Assembly: GCA_031256725.1 (NCBI GenBank)
Contig: JAIRQE010000022.1
Span: forward strand, 1-18,254
Direction of reading: 5' to 3'
DNA from: Propionibacteriaceae bacterium
Lineage (GTDB): Bacteria > Actinomycetota > Actinomycetes > Propionibacteriales > Propionibacteriaceae
DNA: 18,254 bases
Position numbers and translations under genes: made by a program
In this document: positions 15,823-18,254 of the stretch, piece after piece
Numbering within the stretch: position 1 is the stretch's first letter
How the letters are laid out: each line of letters begins with the position of its first letter
Notes under the pieces: model-generated
Database searches by the model: none
What the model was told of the DNA's origin: nothing
What the model saw: the letters and a program-made list of their open reading frames with translations, nothing else

Positions 15823-16863
15823 ATGGCCTCCACTGATCGTGAAAAGGCATTAGAAGCTGCCCTTGCGCAAATCGAGAAGCAACACGGCAAGGGTTCCGTT
15901 ATGAAGCTTGGCGAGAGAAGCAATCAGGGAATTGAAGTGATTCCAACAGGTTCGATTGCTTTGGATATTGCCCTAGGAATCGGAGGGATACCCCGGGGGC
16001 GTATCGTTGAAATCTATGGGCCAGAATCCAGTGGTAAGACCACCTTGGCCTTGCATATGATCGCCAATGCCCAGATGGGCGGTGGGATCTGTGCCTTCAT
16101 CGACGCTGAGCATGCTCTTGATCCTGAATATGCAGCCAAACTTGGTGTGAACACTGATGAATTGCTTGTCAGTCAGCCTGATAATGGGGAACAGGCCCTA
16201 GAAATCGCCGATACTTTGGTTCGTTCGGGTGCCCTTGCGTTGATTGTGATCGACTCTGTGGCAGCTCTGACTCCGCGAGCAGAGATCGAAGGAGAGATGG
16301 GTGATTCTCACGTCGGTTTGCAGGCTCGTTTGATGAGTCAGGCACTGAGGAAGATGGCTGGTGGTCTGGCTAATGCGAGAACAACAGCGATTTTCATTAA
16401 TCAGTTGCGTGAGAAGATCGGCGTGATGTTTGGTTCACCAGAAACAACAACCGGTGGGCGTGCCCTGAAGTTCTACTCCTCTGTACGCCTAGACGTACGC
16501 AGGATCGAAGGACTCAAGGATGGAACAGAGGCCGTGGGTAACAGGACCCGAGTCAAGGTTGTGAAGAATAAGGTCGCTCCTCCCTTCAAGCAAGCTGAGT
16601 TCGATATTTTGTACGGTGAGGGAATCTCCCGGGAGGGAAGCCTCATTGATCTGGGTGTCGAGCAGAGCATCATCCGCAAGGCTGGAAGTTGGTTTACCTA
16701 TGAGGGTGAGCAACTTGGTCAAGGCAAGGAGAATGCTCGTGGATTCCTGAAATCTCATCCAGAGACTGCACAAGAGATCGAAGCAAAGATCCTTGAAGCC
16801 TTTGGTGTGGGCCAGACAGTTCCTGACGATGTTGATCCTGTGACAGGGGAAGTGAGCTTCTAA
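15823..16863 (+). CDS. recA: Recombinase RecA
   Basis: 346 aa with [24 protein letters not shown], Walker [10 protein letters not shown], Walker [11 protein letters not shown], and L1/L2 loop regions including [22 protein letters not shown]. No intein is present. Confidence 0.99.
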   Translation: MASTDREKALEAALAQIEKQHGKGSVMKLGERSNQGIEVIPTGSIALDIALGIGGIPRGRIVEIYGPESSGKTTLALHMIANAQMGGGICAFIDAEHALDPEYAAKLGVNTDELLVSQPDNGEQALEIADTLVRSGALALIVIDSVAALTPRAEIEGEMGDSHVGLQARLMSQALRKMAGGLANARTTAIFINQLREKIGVMFGSPETTTGGRALKFYSSVRLDVRRIEGLKDGTEAVGNRTRVKVVKNKVAPPFKQAEFDILYGEGISREGSLIDLGVEQSIIRKAGSWFTYEGEQLGQGKENARGFLKSHPETAQEIEAKILEAFGVGQTVPDDVDPVTGEVSF

Positions 16864-16865
16864 AC

Positions 16866-17528
16866 GTGTCTCCCGAGATGAGTGACGATGATCGGTTGAC
16901 AACCATCGCCGGATTGCGTGAACTCATTTCTTCTGCTGGGGCTCCAACGGGTGCAGGCAACTGTGTCAATAGTGGATCTGGTGAACCAGCAGACAATGAG
17001 GCGACTCCCAGATCGAGATCAACTACACATTCAGATGAGATCACTGATCTAGAAGAGGCGAGAAGGATCGCATTACGTAGAGTGGAGGTACGTATGCGAT
17101 CCTGCGCTGAGCTTAAAGATGATTTGTTGAAGCGTCATGTTTGTGAGGATCTGGCCAATCAGGTGGTTGCTCGCTTCATTGAGGTTGGGATACTCAATGA
17201 TGCTGAATTTGCGCGCGCGTGGGTCAGATCAAGGAGAAGTCTGAAGATGGTTTCTTCCATGAAATTGCGCCGAGAATTGGTGGCTAAGGGTGTGAGTGTG
17301 GAAAGTATTACCCAAGCTCTCGATGAGGTGGAGGACACTGAGGCTGAGATTGCTCTGTCTTTTGCTCGACGAAGGATTCGTGGATTATCTGGGAAGGATC
17401 AGGCCACCATTCAACGTAGGCTCTCAGCGCAGTTGGCTAGGCGAGGATTTGCCTATTCGATTATTCAAAAAACTGTGCATCAGATCATGAAGGAGACTGA
17501 GCTTGGTACCATCGCTGATGATGAATGA
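16866..17528 (+). CDS. recX: Recombination regulator RecX
   Basis: The gene lies directly downstream of recA, with GTG 16866 two nt after the recA stop and an alternative ATG at 16878. RecX-type helical repeats are present ([24 protein letters not shown]...[24 protein letters not shown]...). The first 60 or so residues form a low-complexity acidic/Ser-rich extension. Confidence 0.9.
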   Translation: MSPEMSDDDRLTTIAGLRELISSAGAPTGAGNCVNSGSGEPADNEATPRSRSTTHSDEITDLEEARRIALRRVEVRMRSCAELKDDLLKRHVCEDLANQVVARFIEVGILNDAEFARAWVRSRRSLKMVSSMKLRRELVAKGVSVESITQALDEVEDTEAEIALSFARRRIRGLSGKDQATIQRRLSAQLARRGFAYSIIQKTVHQIMKETELGTIADDE

Positions 17529-18254
17529 TTTATTGACCTACCAAGTCATTACGTATGGCTGCCAAATGAATGTCCATGACTCCGAGCGTATCGCGGGGCT
17601 TTTGGAGGAGGCCGGTTATGTGCCAGCCCCTCAAGGAATTGATCCAGACCTCGTCGTCTTCAATACCTGTTCGGTACGAGAGAATGCCGATAATCGCCTC
17701 TATGGCAATCTAGGGCACCTTGCTCCCCAGAAACAGGCGAATCCCAGGATGCAGATCGCAGTCGGGGGATGTATGGCTCAAAAGGACAAGGATCTCGTCT
17801 TGAGGAAGGCCCCCTGGGTTGACGTGGTCTTTGGCACCCACAACATCGGACACCTGCCTGTACTCCTGGAGAAGGCTCGTGTGGAGAAGATGGCGCAGGT
17901 TGAAATCATGGATTCCTTGGTCACCTTCCCTTCGACCCTTCCAAGTCGACGTGAGTCAGTCTATTCAGGATGGGTTACGATTTCCGTGGGTTGCAACAAC
18001 ACTTGTACCTTCTGCATCGTCCCTTCGGTACGCGGCAAGGAGACTGACAGAAACCCAGCCGATATCTTGGCTGAGGTACGGATGCTGGTCGATCAGGGAG
18101 TCCAGGAGGTGACGCTGCTCGGTCAAAATGTTAACACTTATGGTGTTGAGTTTGGGGATCACGATGCTTTCGCCAAGCTTCTCAGGTCTGTGGGGGAAAT
18201 TGATGGCCTGAGGCGGCTGAGATTCACATCACCACATCCGGCGTACTTCACTGA
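17503..18254 (+). CDS. miaB: tRNA-2-methylthio-N6-dimethylallyladenosine synthase MiaB, 3' truncated by the window edge
   Basis: This frame-1 ORF is absent from the ORF track because it has no stop within the window. It encodes [38 protein letters not shown] and the radical-SAM motif GCNNTCTFC. Possible starts are TTG 17503 (AGGAG at 17491-17495, 7-nt spacing), ATG 17518 and ATG 17521. All three overlap the recX end. Confidence 0.9.
   Translation, partial: MVPSLMMNDLLTYQVITYGCQMNVHDSERIAGLLEEAGYVPAPQGIDPDLVVFNTCSVRENADNRLYGNLGHLAPQKQANPRMQIAVGGCMAQKDKDLVLRKAPWVDVVFGTHNIGHLPVLLEKARVEKMAQVEIMDSLVTFPSTLPSRRESVYSGWVTISVGCNNTCTFCIVPSVRGKETDRNPADILAEVRMLVDQGVQEVTLLGQNVNTYGVEFGDHDAFAKLLRSVGEIDGLRRLRFTSPHPAYFT

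Noticed and set aside
15762-15836. A 24-codon upstream ORF ([24 protein letters not shown]) in the recA leader overlaps the recA start out of frame.
   Set aside because: It has no Shine-Dalgarno and no recognisable leader-peptide logic, and it would be excluded from transcripts starting at the NDp-like promoter. It is probably fortuitous.
17819-18112. A 97-aa plus-strand ORF appears in the ORF track near the right end of the window.
   Set aside because: It is out of frame with, and contained entirely within, the miaB reading frame (frame 1). That frame carries the GCQMN, NTCSVRE and CNNTCTFC motifs and runs open to the window edge.
1-18254. I looked for CRISPR arrays, IS elements or integrases, tRNA/rRNA genes, and toxin-antitoxin or phage-defence genes.
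   Set aside because: No intergenic region exceeds about 154 nt. I saw no repeat-spacer periodicity, terminal inverted repeats or cloverleaf-like sequence. Every long ORF has a housekeeping or membrane-protein assignment.

Overview
This window looks like an ordinary, tightly packed core-chromosome segment of a moderate-GC actinobacterium (Actinomycetota). I saw no rRNA, tRNA, CRISPR array, transposase, integrase or other sign of a mobile or defence island. Reading left to right, the plus strand carries pstA (5' truncated), pstB, senX3-like kinase, regX3 and a 7-TM TIGR02206/TMEM164-like membrane protein. Converging on it from the minus strand are an IclR/LtbR-like regulator, a 4-TM protein of unknown function and a 599-aa pore-plus-RCK K+ channel. 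The plus strand then continues with leuC-leuD, thiL, ftsK, rimO, pgsA, cinA (PncC domain only), clgR, DUF3046, recA, recX and miaB (3' truncated). The ftsK-to-miaB block is the conserved actinobacterial recA neighbourhood. The least explained unit is the 4-TM protein and K+ channel pair. The two genes share a TAATG stop/start overlap that sits in the loop of a perfect 9-bp GC-rich hairpin, and the channel's 3' end overlaps the convergent membrane-protein gene by 92 nt. The recA leader is also dense in signals: an SOS box, a RecA-NDp-like motif and a perfect DnaA-box 9-mer. Five genes have a TANNNT hexamer 6-7 nt upstream of their ATG and no Shine-Dalgarno, which suggests leaderless mRNAs. Nothing here can be shown from sequence alone to be a new biological system. 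All family assignments come from motif recognition by eye, not from database searches.
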